From contig OX597814.1 in NCBI GenBank assembly GCA_951406725.2, positions 63,116,001-63,180,000 on the forward strand: a DNA stretch of 64,000 nt, read 5' to 3'. The translations under genes and the position numbers were made by a program. The notes under the pieces are model-generated. The model was not told the origin of the DNA. It did no database searches and worked only from the letters and a program-made list of their open reading frames with translations. Source of the stretch: Octopus vulgaris. Lineage: Eukaryota. Position 1 is the stretch's first letter, and the number at the start of each line of letters is the position of its first letter. Of the stretch, positions 1-13,105 are shown piece by piece.

Positions 1-1358
1 TTTTTGTTAAACAGGAATTAATTTTTTTACCAGAAAATGTCAATTTTGCCATTAAATGCAAGACTTAAATAAGAAACTAACATAAACCAAATATGTTTAA
101 TAGATATATTACACAAAATATTTAACTAGATATCTTAGAATAGGAACGAACACTATTTTTGTTGCTGTATGAGAGTACATTGCAACATGACAGTCTCTTT
201 GCAGTGATCAGCAGTAGACAGCACCATGTCGGTGTTATACCTGCCTTGATACCTTATCCCCATGTTCTCGATGTCTTGGTGGAATCTTTTTCCTTGCTCA
301 TCACCATTGCCTTAGGGTTTTCAGGGAAGTAGTCCAGATGACTATGTAGGAAATGTACATTTCTACACATGTTGCAGCCCAGTGCTCGAAAACTGGTTAA
401 CAGAGTCTGCACGAGATCGTCATAATTTGATGGATTGCAGTTTCTCAGGAAATCATATAAAACTGCAACAAAAGCATTCCATGTTTCTTTTTCAATGCCA
501 GGCATGGTCTTCAAAAATAGCTCGTCCTGCAATAGTCACCTAATATGTAGCCCGTCAAACACTCCAACCTTATTTTTCTCACAAGACAAAGCTGGAAATT
601 TCCTGCATAAGTATTTGAAGCAGTCACTGTCTCAGTGTTTCAACACATATTTTGCACACTCTATGGGATGCCCAAGCTTTATCTTGTCACGCACTCTCAT
701 ACTAAAGTAAAGAAGTAAGGTTAACGTTCTTCGAAAAATCTGTGAATTTCTTAAGTGCCTAATCCAGACATAAGCAAAAGATATCGGGACTGTTTTTACA
801 TTCCCTTCTCTCACAACTGGCCATATTTCTGAAATACAAAACATGTTCAAGCCAGTTGTCAGCTGGTAAAACATTTTCAGAATAATAAACAGTTATAAAG
901 TAAGCAAATGAAGATTTGTGATGGCAAAGTTCCATAAAAATCATACATACCACGAAGTTCTTTCTATAGTTCTCTGAACATGCTTAACTGAAAGTGACCT
1001 TGACCCCTGTGACCTCACAATCAAAACATTAAGAGCACATTCAAAATACCAATTTTCATAAGAGACAGTTAAAAGTTCAAGAAAATATGTCTCATCTAGT
1101 TTGCAATGATAGTCACACTAAGCAAGGTGTGGGCATATCTGCAGATAAATTCCATAAATATGAGACGCATGGTGTCAAGGAATACAAAAATATGTTGTTT
1201 CTTAACATCTAATCGTATAAAGGACATTTCTGTCATCTATCCTTAGAAATGGTGACAATACCAGAAATCTTGAAAGATTTCATTTTAGAAATCAGCACCC
1301 CCGAATTAAAAGGAAACATGTTTCCAACATCAGACAACAAAAACCTTGTTCCCCAGTG
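1..1358 (-). mobile_element. Chapaev3-like (CMC superfamily) DNA transposon relic, internally deleted; left end lies outside the window
   Basis: The minus-strand terminus reads CACTGGGGAACAAGG from 1358. N-terminus MASCERRECKNSPDIFC (ATG at 824). C-terminal motifs DSDCFKYLCRKFPALS, GVFDG and LGCNMCRNVHFLHSHLDYFPEN resemble the recalled GCNMSLKIHFLHSHLDFFPEN transposase family. Confidence 0.7.
160..824 (-). pseudogene. Disrupted Chapaev3-like transposase (stops, frameshifts, large central deletion near 630)
   Basis: ORFs 759..953 and 254..532 plus manual translation. The Cys-rich N-terminus (AWASHRVCKICVETLR) is joined directly to C-terminal DSDCFKYLC. Confidence 0.7.
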
Positions 1359-2517
1359 TAATTAAGGGTACTAGCTAGCAGTACAAGCATGCTGATACAG
1401 CAGTCAAACTGACCAAACCACAAGTTATCACAAAAAAGAAAGGTGAAATCGGGCAAATGAATAAAAACCCTAAGAATCCCATCCCATAATACATATGGTG
1501 TTAAAATTTCTAATCTCCTTACTCATCTGTAAAGAGAACGTCTCTAAAACCTCTTTTACTTATAAATAACCGTTAGAGCCTTAGTTATAGTTAATACCTA
1601 ATTGGATTCACATCTCTTGTTCTTATAAGGATAAATTTGAATCTCCTAGATTCTATTCTGCTATTTCCTTTCTCAAGTTCTTTGTAAAAATTTTGCTTAT
1701 ACTTCTTGCACTGCAGAGTACATTGATATATAATTTATTAAACTAATTTAATTTAATTCAATCATGAATTTACATTATTTTCATATCTGTACGAAATGAT
1801 CGTCTCCATGAAGTAAAATTCTCATATATTTTCACTTCTCCATTTTTAACTAAATTGTTGCATTTTATGGGATTTCTTTCCATAAATTCACAACACATCA
1901 TATACATAGATAGATAGATAAATACATACATACATACATACATACATACATACATACATACATACATACATGCATACATATATACATACATGTATGTGTG
2001 TGTATAAATGTGCCTGTGTACACTACACAAAACCTGGATTTACTTACATTGATTACATTTCTGTAAAAACTTCGTTTAAGATATAGTGAGGGATTGCACA
2101 ACCAAGCAGAGCTAGACAGCGGTACCTGCATCATGACGGCACGTGTAGATATGAGAGGTCCCGTGTAAAAGTTCTTAACAAAACTTTTAGTCTTTGAATA
2201 TACTTTCTAGTTAAACAAACAAAAATCTTAGATTCCCTAAGTCATTCTTCTTGGCATATTTTTCAAAGCTTTAAAAGCAAGCAGAGAACTAACAGAACCG
2301 TTAGAGCGAAGGGCAAACTGCTTGCACCACATTTTCCAATTCTCTGCACTCAATTCCAGACGAGGTCAACTTTGTCCTTCTTTGTTTTGGTATCAATAAA
2401 ATAACCAGTCCGAGATGGTAGATTTTGTGGAGTTTTGGGGCTTCAACAAAACATCTTGCAGTTGTTGCTATGAAAATACACATTATGAGTTCTTGGGTGG
2501 TGTAATTAATCTAATGA

Positions 2518-2800
2518 AGGCGCATGGCCTAGTGGTCATGCGTGTTGCACTCACGATCGTGTTTCGACTCCCAGACCGGCGGCGCGTTGTGTTTTTGGGC
2601 AAAACACATTTCAAGTTGCTCCAGTTCACTCTGCTGTAAATGGGTAACCCTGCCACAGTTTAGCTTCCAATCAGGGAGAATGTTGACCTGTTCGTTCAGG
2701 CAGCGGGGTGGCATCATTCGAAAGCAAAAACCATGCAACACGCATTGTAACCAGCGATGTATAACCACATTCTATAGTCTGGTCGATCAAACGATAATTA
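2518..2800 (+). mobile_element. tRNA-derived SINE (family A)
   Basis: A-box-like TGGCCTAGTGG and B-box-like GTTTCGACTCC, followed by a GGCAAAACAC...GTTGCTCCAGTTCACTC body also seen at 38200-38370. Confidence 0.65.
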
Positions 2801-4114
2801 ATCTACCCCCGAGCACCTAGCATGCTTTTAGCCGTGTCCTTTCTGTTGAAAACATGCAAACTAGACCTTCATTTTGAGGATAACATTTTCTCTCCGTGCA
2901 GCCATCTAGGAGATCTGACAAGTAAATGTCATATCATGGTCACTGTTCTTACCTTCAGGCATAAACGAATATATATGTCAATAAATAGCTTTTAGATTGC
3001 ATGTATTTTTCGTCACTATTTTCTTCTCGTTAAGTTACAAATAGCAACCAAAGCTTTCTTACCGTTTATACTGAAATTGAGAGCTAATTTTTAAATACGC
3101 TTCTATACATAAATACTACGAACGTGAAATAATGCTTGTAAAGTATTGTTTCCCGCACTCTCAAAGTATATAAACGTCTGTAACACCAACATTATGAATA
3201 TTAGTTCTACCATGTCTCTAGGAAATATACCCTCAAATTTTTAAACAATGTTAAAATTCAAAATGAGCCCAATGTCCAAATTTTCTAATATGATTAACAC
3301 ATATCTAGCTGTATATACGTACAATAACAACCTACAATTTTTCTAATTACATGATTATATCACGAAAACACTGATTATATTCTCTGAACCAAAGGATGTC
3401 AAGTTAGTGTAGCAAACGATGAAAGAACAGATACTAGTTATGTGAGGCAATAATTTGGAATTATGAATAGCGTACGATCTACGGAGATAGAGATGTAGAG
3501 TTGGAGAAAGGAATGACTATCTTTCTTTCACATATCCTTACTCCTCAGTACTGTTTTCGTAAAGCACCCCCACACATTTATGTCCTTTTGGGGATCGGTG
3601 GTTCTCGAAGCAGAAAGCTATAGATAATAACGTAAAAACATTCAGCAAATACCCCTTGGGGAGAAAAAGTCGAAGACTATTAATTATAGTTTACTAATTT
3701 GAGATCCACATTTCCACCAAAATATTAAAAAAAAAAAAAAAAATTTAGCATTCATTTGAAGTTTATAAATCTAATGATATTCACAACACACACACATACA
3801 CACACATAGACACACACACATAGACACACACACACAAATACATACACACATATATGTATATATGTATTTATATATGCATATATATATATATTTATATGTG
3901 TATGTGTGTGTGCCTGTGGGTGTGTAAGAAAAGAATATATACACTTATCCAATGGAGCAGATAAAATTTGATATGTATTCAAAAGTATATTCTGAAGCAC
4001 ATATGCGTATACACGCATAAACATCGCATATATGCTCTCTCTCTCTCTCTTTCTCTCTTTCTCTCTCCATCCCTCCTTACCTTATTTCTTTTTTACTCTA
4101 TCTATCTATCTATC

Positions 4115-4152
<38 letters not shown>

Positions 4153-4909
4153 TTATCTATATGACAAAAATTATTCAAAATGTGAAAAATAACTTGGATA
4201 GAAAGCCGATTTATATGCGTAGTAATTGTACTGAGAAACTAGTACAATATACCGGGTAAACTAAACCGATTAGACGGCCACAGAATGACTTCAGGCTGAC
4301 GAGAACGTTGACCCTTGAAAGTCATATATTTTCTTACGTTAATCTTTCGATTGAAACCAAGCAATTGCTACAGGCCATGGAATCCAACAACAAAAGTTGA
4401 ATGATCTTTCCAAGTTAGTCCTGCTAAGATAAGCTTAAAAATATGGATTGAAGCGAATGATTTGAAATACAAATATTAACTATTAATTATTATCTATCAA
4501 CAATGTTGATCTATTTTAAATGCAACGTTTCTTTAAGGCATATATTTTCACAGACACCCCACCACACACACACGATAAAAATATATATGAATACATCTCC
4601 ATCATGAAATCATATCTAGATACTTAGGCACAAACACTGCAAATTGTGCAGGTGTATAGATGTATATGAACAAGTCGGGAGTGGCAGATATGTGTTTTCT
4701 GAGGGGAACGAAAAATTGAATTTATTTTTTTCTGTCTGCGGAAGAGGCCTTAACAAAACATTTGTTCACTTTTACTAGCAGGCAGGGTGTGTCGGTAAAA
4801 TTCCTTACGCGCAACCCGTAAAAATCTTAGTCTTAAGATTTTTACGGGGTAAGTTTTGGAAAGAGGATGTTTTGGCAGTGTTTATTGGAGATGTTTGTCA
4901 TTTTGAATC

Positions 4910-4954
<45 letters not shown>

Positions 4955-5419
4955 TTGTGTTTGAATGTGAGTGTGTGTATGTAAACATGCATGTGGTTGA
5001 ATTTTTAGACAAAGAAAAAGGAAGAGAGAAAGAAAAGAAGAAAGTGGTATTTAACTGGGATGGCTGAAATTGTTGACAGTCAAAGAGGTCCACTTTTTTA
5101 TCAGTTGCATGAAATGTGTCTCAGGTATTGCGTTCGGTTATTTTGGGCCAATTGTTATGATGGCCAGCAGTAGAAAATAGAATCTATAGAATTATTTGGG
5201 TAATCTTATAAATGTAAATATGTGTGTGTGTGCGCGCGCGTTCGTGTGTGCGTGTGCACGTGTGTGTGTGTGTGTGTGTTTTATGTATTTGTATTTATGT
5301 ATTTTTAGTAACAGTAATGAGAATATTATTTATAATAATATCCAGTGTAATCTAGTTTGGTTGTATATGGGTAATTTAAAAAAAAAAATATTTCTCATTT
5401 TTTATAAATATATATTTCA

Positions 5420-5567
5420 AACGTTAGATTTTCGTAGACGTTTTTGCATTGCCCTTCAGTATTTCGGGACATCTCCTGGGCATTTGTAGAAATGAAAGAC
5501 CTTGAATTTGTTGTATCTGCATAATTCCAGATGTTTGATTAGTGAAGAGGGCAGGAGAGGTATGCAG

Positions 5568-5621
<54 letters not shown>

Positions 5622-6345
5622 AAGATACTGGAAGGACTGGTACTAAATTTTGGAATAAAGAGCTATACCAGACCACCAACAGGACGTCACTGTGCTGTCC
5701 CCGCTCTGCCGACTGCTTCATCTCGAGCAAGGACAATGTACTGCAATAGCTTGGGTTTCAGGGGCCCACAGCTGTTTAATTGTCTGCCGAAGCATCTGAG
5801 GAGCCTTCATGGAGTGGATGTAGACGTTTTCAAACGTGAACTTGACCTCTGGCTCACCGAGATCCCGGATGAGTCAATATCTAGGCAAGAAACTCAAAAG
5901 AGGGCAGTAACATCGAACTCCATCCTTCACCAAAAGCCGCTCCGACAAAGGTGGAAAGTGGAAAGAGGATCACAATAGCGGTGCTCCAGCATGGCCTCAG
6001 TCATTGGACTGAAACATATAAAAGAATAAAAGAATAGTTCTTTTTGTCGGATGTGCTGCACGTAGGCAAAAGAAATTGCTGCCTTCGCCAATATAATTGT
6101 CTTTGCAATTGGGGCAGTTGATGCATTATATTAGATTCTATGTTTTATTTGAAAAGAAAATCTTCAAAATTTTATATAAGTACCAGTATCCAAATATTTG
6201 AAGTTGTTGGTACTGCATATTTCGCATTTATTGTCTCCACAGTTCTTCACAAGAATTTTGAATTATCCTCTGACGTGAATTTTGCTATTTAAAAATCTTT
6301 TGGTTGATGTTTGCTTATGAGATTTTCATCAAATAGATTTTTGTT
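5420..6345 (-). mobile_element. Penelope-like retroelement GIY-YIG endonuclease relic, split by a LINE insertion
   Basis: Minus-strand translation LVKNCGDNKCEICSTNNFKYLDTG...NCPNCKDNYIGEG (6040-6260) and KHLELCRYNKFKVFHFYKC (5480-5538). Collinear with the copy at 52211-52597. Confidence 0.75.
5541..6036 (+). mobile_element. 5'-truncated CR1-clade-like LINE 3' end (RT C-terminus plus 3' UTR)
   Basis: Reads ERYAVIYI...WKILEGLVLNFGI and SLGFRGPQLFNCLPKHLRSLHGVDVDVFKRELDLWLTEIPDE, then stop, GCGGTGCTCCAGCATGGCC...GACTGAAAC and an (AAAAGAAT)-type tail. Confidence 0.8.
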
Positions 6346-6354
6346 TTTGGGCCT

Positions 6355-6931
6355 CTCAGCAGTAGTGACATTCTAACTATAATACGATCCTGTCTTGGTG
6401 AGGTTTTACGAGTTCTACTGGTTTTGGGGTTTAGCATCCGTCGATCCTGATGATTTAAAACAAGCTACAATTCGTTGCCCAACACGTCTAGACGTTACTA
6501 CAGTAGTTACTATCATAGAATTTGGCTTGCCCGCTTGATGAAAGCATACAATCCTTTGTTTCTCATTACACGACACCGGTCGTCCCTCAGAAGCAGCCAT
6601 GTTGACAGTTGAATGTTCCAATAACGTAATATCATAAGAAGCAGCTATTAGCCCATTAACAGTCTTCTAAACAACATGTACCTCGGTTAGTAGTTCTTTT
6701 TTTCTAAGTGACCCTTAACTTTTGGCTGCTGCAGTTTGGAAGATTATTTGCTCATTTCCTCACAACTTACGAAATATATATTCCATTCACTTGAAATTTT
6801 CACGAAAGATAGATATTAAATATATCTAAATAAGTATAAAATATCTAGTCTCAACGTGTTGTTGGTCTTCTATAATATCTATTTCAATACACTTGTTCTT
6901 ACTGAGCCTTATATCATGACTGCTACAGTAT
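6355..6931 (-). mobile_element. Tc1-like transposon 5' fragment (paired-like HTH N-terminus)
   Basis: ORF 6415..6621 (KQRIVCFHQAGKPNSMIV...VGQRIVACFKSSGS) followed by RTRKTSPRQDRIIVRMSL. TIR-like CTGCAGCAGCCAAAAGTTAAGGGTCAC near 6708-6734. Confidence 0.6.
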
Positions 6932-7980
6932 ATGCGTGCTAACTATAGAGCTAATATTTTTATGTTAAAATCTAAGAACGGTAAATCATTATAACTGGCT
7001 TCTGTCGTGAATTTGATAGATCAGTAAAGGGTGTTTAGAATGTAATGGAATATTTGTAGATTGCCATTTGATTTCTCCCCCAAAATCAAGCAGCCATCGA
7101 GGAAGCGTTTCCACTTTCAATGATAAAATTCTTGAAAGTTGGTAAACATTTCTGTTTCTTCGTATATGAGTATATTAGCGTATGATTGTGCAAATTTTCT
7201 CACCATAGCTGTGCCCTGTATTTTTGTCGATACAATTTACCATCAAAGTTAAAACTTTTCCCCCACTAGGAGCAGGCGTGTAGCTTGGTAATGAAATGCG
7301 TTTTGAAGCGATCGTTTATCTTCCCTATGCTGTTTGCATCCAGGCTCGATCTATATTTTCCTTCCTTCCTTCCTTCCTTCCTTCCTTCCTTTGTTCCTTT
7401 CATTCATTCATTCATATTCTTTGTTTAAAAATTCAACTCACTCACATACTTACACATGCCTACATACACACATATATGCATTTACATATATATACAGACA
7501 TAAAAATTCAAAATGATAAACGTCTCAAATAGCCACTCCCAAACACACCCAAGAAAACAAATTCAACTCTAGAGTTTTTCAAATTTCTCACATAAAATGC
7601 ATGAATTCTCTATAAGAAATGATTCATGATGAATCCTTGAACGAAACGAATGCGATAAACCAGTAATCTTTATCCAAATCCTGACTATCACCTTTACGCC
7701 ACTTTAAAGAATCTGTACTCACACACAGACACACACATACACACAGAGTAGCGAGATAGATAGAGACAAATGAATAGGTTTATTGATTGATTGATATACA
7801 GCTAGATAGATTGATAGGCAAATAGATAGATAGAGAGATGGATATATAGATTGATAAACAGATAGACAAATACGAGAGTGTTTGATAGACAGATCGCTAG
7901 ACAGATATGCAGAGAGACAACGAGAGGAAACGAGTAAGGGAATGATCAAACCATCTGTTCTGAAGGATAACTTGACTACA

Positions 7981-8797
7981 CAGGGCGCGATGAGTAAATT
8001 GTTGCCATTTTATATTTTTAATTTCGCGCATGCGCATTGTTTGTTTTGTCGACTACGCAGTATAGTAAGGTCAGTTGAGAACCGTCTGTGAGAAAAACAT
8101 TACCATGGCGCAATTGACTTTGCCAGAAATCTGGAAACGACATGCTGTACTGATTGACATTCGCACCGGAAGCTCCAGTACAAACATTTCAGAGTGTTTG
8201 GGTGTCAGTCTAAGGACAGTGCAATCTGAGGACATGTATTGAGAGTGATAAACATCACACATCCATCATGGTGTTTGGAGTGATCACTAGCGATGGCGAC
8301 GTTATGCCTCCATTAATCTTCCCACACGGCCTCAAATTCGACACGGAAGCCTATATCAAGTGCTTGGAGGAGGCTGTGTTGCCCTGGGTCAAGAGGGTAG
8401 CTCCTGGAAAACCCTATATCTGTCACCAGGACTCTGTACCATACCACACTAGCAGAAGAAGCCAGCAATGGCTGTCAGACAATTTCTGCAACCACATCAT
8501 CCCTAACATCTGGCCACCTAACTCCCCAGACTTTGTAACACCAAAGATGAACTGAAGGCAAAGATTATGGCAGCATTCACCACCTTAAACAAAAACAAGG
8601 AGAACGTCCAGACGAGTTGCAGAAGATTCCGAAGTCGTCTGGAAGCCGTGGTTGAAGCTAATGGCGATTATATTGAATAAATTTACTCTTTAGAAATTTC
8701 AAGATATTTTAATGTAATTTTGTTAAATATATGTTAAAATGAAATATCAGTGTTATTCTTATTTTTTGCGTAACGACAATTTATTCACCGTACTTTG
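7981..8797 (+). mobile_element. Internally deleted Tc1/mariner element, probably maT/DD37D-like
   Basis: Diverged TIRs CAGGGCGCGATGAGTAAATTGTTG / CGACAATTTATTCACCGTACTTTG|TA. Transposase remnant MVFGVITSDGDVMPP...HQDSVPYH...IWPPNSPD (8268..8555). Confidence 0.8.
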
Positions 8798-10299
8798 TAT
8801 ACTCTCTGCAGAGGAGGCATCTTTAGGAAGATTTTAATATCCACACATCTGTTAATATATTTATCTGTCATCTGTCTCTCTAACTATCTATCTGTTTATC
8901 AGTCTATTACTTCCTGCTCTATTCCAATGTGTAAGCCGATGAAACAACACTCAGTAGCAACCTTGAAAAGATCGATAATTGTAAATTAATCATTTGTCTC
9001 AATTTCGCAGCTCGGATTCCCTCTCAAATCACTTCTTCCTACGACTGTTTACTTCCGAAGAAATTTTGAGCAGCAGCAGGAGCAGTAGGAGCAGCAGGAG
9101 CAAGAGTAACACCAGCATCAGTAGTAGTAATGGCAGTAATAATAGTTGCAGAAGCAACAAAAGCATCAGCAGTAGTAGCATTCTATCTAAGTCACTTGCA
9201 AATAGTTCTGCTGGATCCTTTCTCCAAATTTTTCTGTACCTCATTTAAAAGACATGCTTTATTCATTTTATTTAAATGTCATCGATAGTTTTCTGAAAGT
9301 AAGATAACAAATTTTATAATCGAATTACCAATCAATTAGCTTAAAGTGTCGTACACATATTTATATATACATATGCATGTGCCTGTATGTTTCTCCATAT
9401 TTGAGTTTCTGCCTGACGCATTCAGCGTAATTCCGTTATATGGGTATAACTTTTTGACAGATAAGAGTTTTTGTTATGGTTATGTCCCAAGTCAGTAATC
9501 CGAAGCATGTGGACCTATAACAAAAGATAAGTCAGCTGCACTTGAAGATAGTTTTGATGGGAATGTCACACCAATATTCCTTAGGTTACTATGTGAGTGT
9601 GTATAGAAGAACAGAAGTATTTTTGTTTTCATATTTTGTAATGAGGTCATTGCATGTTATTTTACCAACGACAGCATACCATTATGGACAGTTATATTTT
9701 AATGGCATTTTCGAAGTACTGATGATCATATGTTTTGTATCTTCTGCATAAATTTAATATAAACCAGTTTTGGTCACTTTTGCACGTTTAAGGGTTTTAC
9801 TGGTCTTAAATATTTATGTATGTGTGTTTGTATGTGTTCACATACTAGTAGCTGTTTTCTAATTTTAGATGTTCCTATATCATATGGATTACTTAGCTAT
9901 CTAACTTGTTAGCTAAATTATGAAGGAAATGTGCAAAATTTCTATGGAATTTCTATAGAATAATCATAAGATAATAAAAAGGGAGCATTTATTAGGTGTA
10001 AAGGAATGGTCGGTTAATCCTATTTAGTTTATTCACATATATGCACAAAATGCCTTTATGCACTTCAAAATTTATCCTATTTAACAAGCTTTGAATATCT
10101 TAATTCCATATCGTTAAACATCTACCGATATAGCATAGATTATCCCTTAAAATTACAATTGAAAATTATTTTTCTTAAAATGTTCAAAATACAGTTCTTA
10201 AATGATATGGAGCATTTATCTGTATCAACCTGCTATAAGAAAAATATCAGGAGCAGCACCAGGAGCAGCGGCAGCAGCAGCAGCAGCATGTGTAGTAGT

Positions 10300-10500
10300 A
10301 GTATATTCCTAGGAGTGCAATGAGTGACAAGAGTTCAAAAGCCTTCTGATTATAATTACGCTATTCTTCAGAAACAATGAATAAAGATCTCATAGCCCAA
10401 TGTTTCCCCTCCTTTGTAGGAAAATGGGATGTAATTTGAGGAACATTTGGTTGCTATTTCTAACAAGTCAAGCTACTGCGTAGAGGCTCTCGTATTGGTC
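10300..10500 (+). repeat. Old dispersed repeat; related decayed copies at ~26010-26200 and ~39650-39810
   Basis: Shared motif TTGAGGAA.ATTTGGTTGCTATTTCTA.CA.G...GTAGAGG at all three sites. Confidence 0.45.
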
Positions 10501-11935
10501 TGCACGTGTGAAAAATTTTCGTTGATAAAGATTAGAAATAATCATCTTCGTAGAAAGAAGATATCAGTTCCGCCTTAGGTGAAATCGAGAATAAATGTTT
10601 TATAGAAGCTGAATGAACCAGGGATTGGTCTGCAATCACATTAACACTTGATACATCAAACAATAAATCCATGAATTTTGTCGTGATGTAAAGGTATTAT
10701 AGTATGACATCAACCGTATCAGTGTGATGATTTTAATCTTTTAATCTTTTTTATATTGTCTTTATTTGTTTTAATTATTTCAATTTCCAGTGAGCTCTGC
10801 TCAGATGCATTTATGTTGTTCATAATTAATAGAAAATCATTGTATCTGTTGAGTACACATTTATAATATTTCAAGTATTAAATTAGAATGTATTAAACTT
10901 GCCTAGATAAAAAACAAAACAAAAAATGAATATAAGGAACTCTTCCTAAGTGATCGCAATAAACGTTTCCGGAAACCTGACACCATAATACATAATATAA
11001 CTGCTTGTATATCATTTGATTTTTATTCATTTTTTTAGACACAATTCTGTACACTCTGAGATAGATAATATGGATTAAAAAACAGCTTTGCAATCTTTCT
11101 CCATCGCAGTCTATCAAGCCTTCACCGAACGATGTGAGATCAACAATAAAATTACTTATTGCCAAACAACTTCTATCTTACTTAAAAGATTTTGACATTA
11201 AAAAATAAATAAAACATAAAACAAACAAGCTGTAGGTATCGTTGATGAAATGTATCGTACAACCAATATGCTAGATACAGAAATTTATATGCCAGACTAC
11301 AGTCTGGTTCTCTTTTTTTCTTTGTCAAAAGATTTTGAAACTTGGAATGTCTCTTGTCTTTACGAATGTATTTCCTGGAGCAGAAGATGGATGCATGTGC
11401 AATAAGTATACGTATGAATGATAATTGGATGGCAGATAACAAACTTTATGACTGAGTACTATATCAGCAACTAAACAGGACACCATTGATTATCCTCAAA
11501 TGTGTAATTAATAAAGAGTTCATTCAGTTTGGAGCCTATATTGAGTTTCAGAAAGCAGTTTTAAAAAGGCTGTGTGATGTTGATGTGAGTTTATTCAAAT
11601 AACGTTAGACACATTGTGCAGTCTATTTTCGCATGGATCTACAACATCACAGAAGATAGAGTGGAGGGCAGCATTTTCTAACAATTACCAGTAGGCGGTA
11701 TTATATTGTGATGGCAATAACAGAAGTTCCCCAGTATGGCGCCCAACTAGTGACTAAACAAGTACAAGAATATAAAAATAGACTTCTCTTCATTATATAA
11801 TAAATGATTTTGCGGCGTGTAGCGTGTCACAATATCTTCTTTGTATTAAGTTCTTCATTTCTTTATACGTCTCTCTCACTTCTCTATACATACATACATA
11901 CATACATACATACATACATACATACATACATGTAC

Positions 11936-11966
<31 letters not shown>

Positions 11967-12298
11967 TGTATGTATGTATGTATGTATGTATGTATGTATG
12001 TATTTATGTATGTATGTATGTATATATTTATATACTATACTGTTCCGCTTTTGATTAGAACAGCAAAACCAGTACCTTATCCAGCGAGAGATGATTATCA
12101 ATTAAGATACACAGGATCTAAACGTGAGCTAACCTGCATGTTCCGAGAGTACTGTAATTGCGCAAACTTTTTGGGCCTTTGTCTTTGTAGGATCGTGCAT
12201 GGTATGCTATTAAAGCTAGTTCGTTTATTGTACAAAAGGAGCACGAAAGTTCTTGTATCTGACATGTAAATCCTGAGTTTATGAAATATACATACATG

Positions 12299-12356
<58 letters not shown>

Positions 12357-13010
12357 AATATACTATATATTTTTATATATGTATGTACTTCTGTTCAAAT
12401 GATGATGCAAATTACATTGGTCATAAGTGAGCTGGGATCTGTATTGTATATTTCTAAATATATCACCTGCTGGAGAAAATTTCGGATAAATTCAGTAGTG
12501 ATAATGCGTATTGAGGTAGAAAGATATATCAACAATAGTCCTCTTGTCTCCAGACAAGCAGACTGTCTATTTCCTTAATGATATCTTATGGTGATTATTT
12601 GCCCTTCACGGTAGAGTTGGTTCCATTTGCTACATTCAGTTGTTTACCTCCTTTGGAACAGAAGATTGTCTCAGTAAATTGATGATGAATTTTCTAGCTT
12701 ATTCATCCCTTTTGTTCTTAACGTATTTGACACTGGACATTGTGGTATTTGTCTAAGCTCATTTTCATATTTTTATGAAAATACGTATGTGAGTCTATAT
12801 GCTTGTGTGAGTGTGTGCTGTTATTATTTCGCATAAGCATTGCGATACTAATAAACTGTGTTAGGACTCAATATGCATATGCTCATGTGCTTCAGAATAA
12901 AGTGTTAAATGGGTATAAGGTGTAATATAAATTAATGAAATGAGAAAGGAATAAGGATTTGGGAGTTGATTACGCAATTCTTGTTTCCTGCTCCCTTAGA
13001 ATTCAATGAA

Positions 13011-13016
<6 letters not shown>

Positions 13017-13105
<89 letters not shown>

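Noticed and set aside
2518-2575. tRNA gene
   Set aside because: Has A/B boxes but no cloverleaf and continues into a SINE body; the same applies at 38200, 46250 and 47340.
4285-4326. CTGACGA...GAAA with ATGAC/GTCAT closure as a type III hammerhead
   Set aside because: No stem I can form and stem II does not pair.
8994-9248. Ser-rich ORF and antisense Leu-rich ORF
   Set aside because: Degenerate CAG/TAG trinucleotide repeat.
11180-11640. Possible piggyBac or other transposase remnant (AVGIVDEMYR)
   Set aside because: A single weak motif with no supporting frame or termini.
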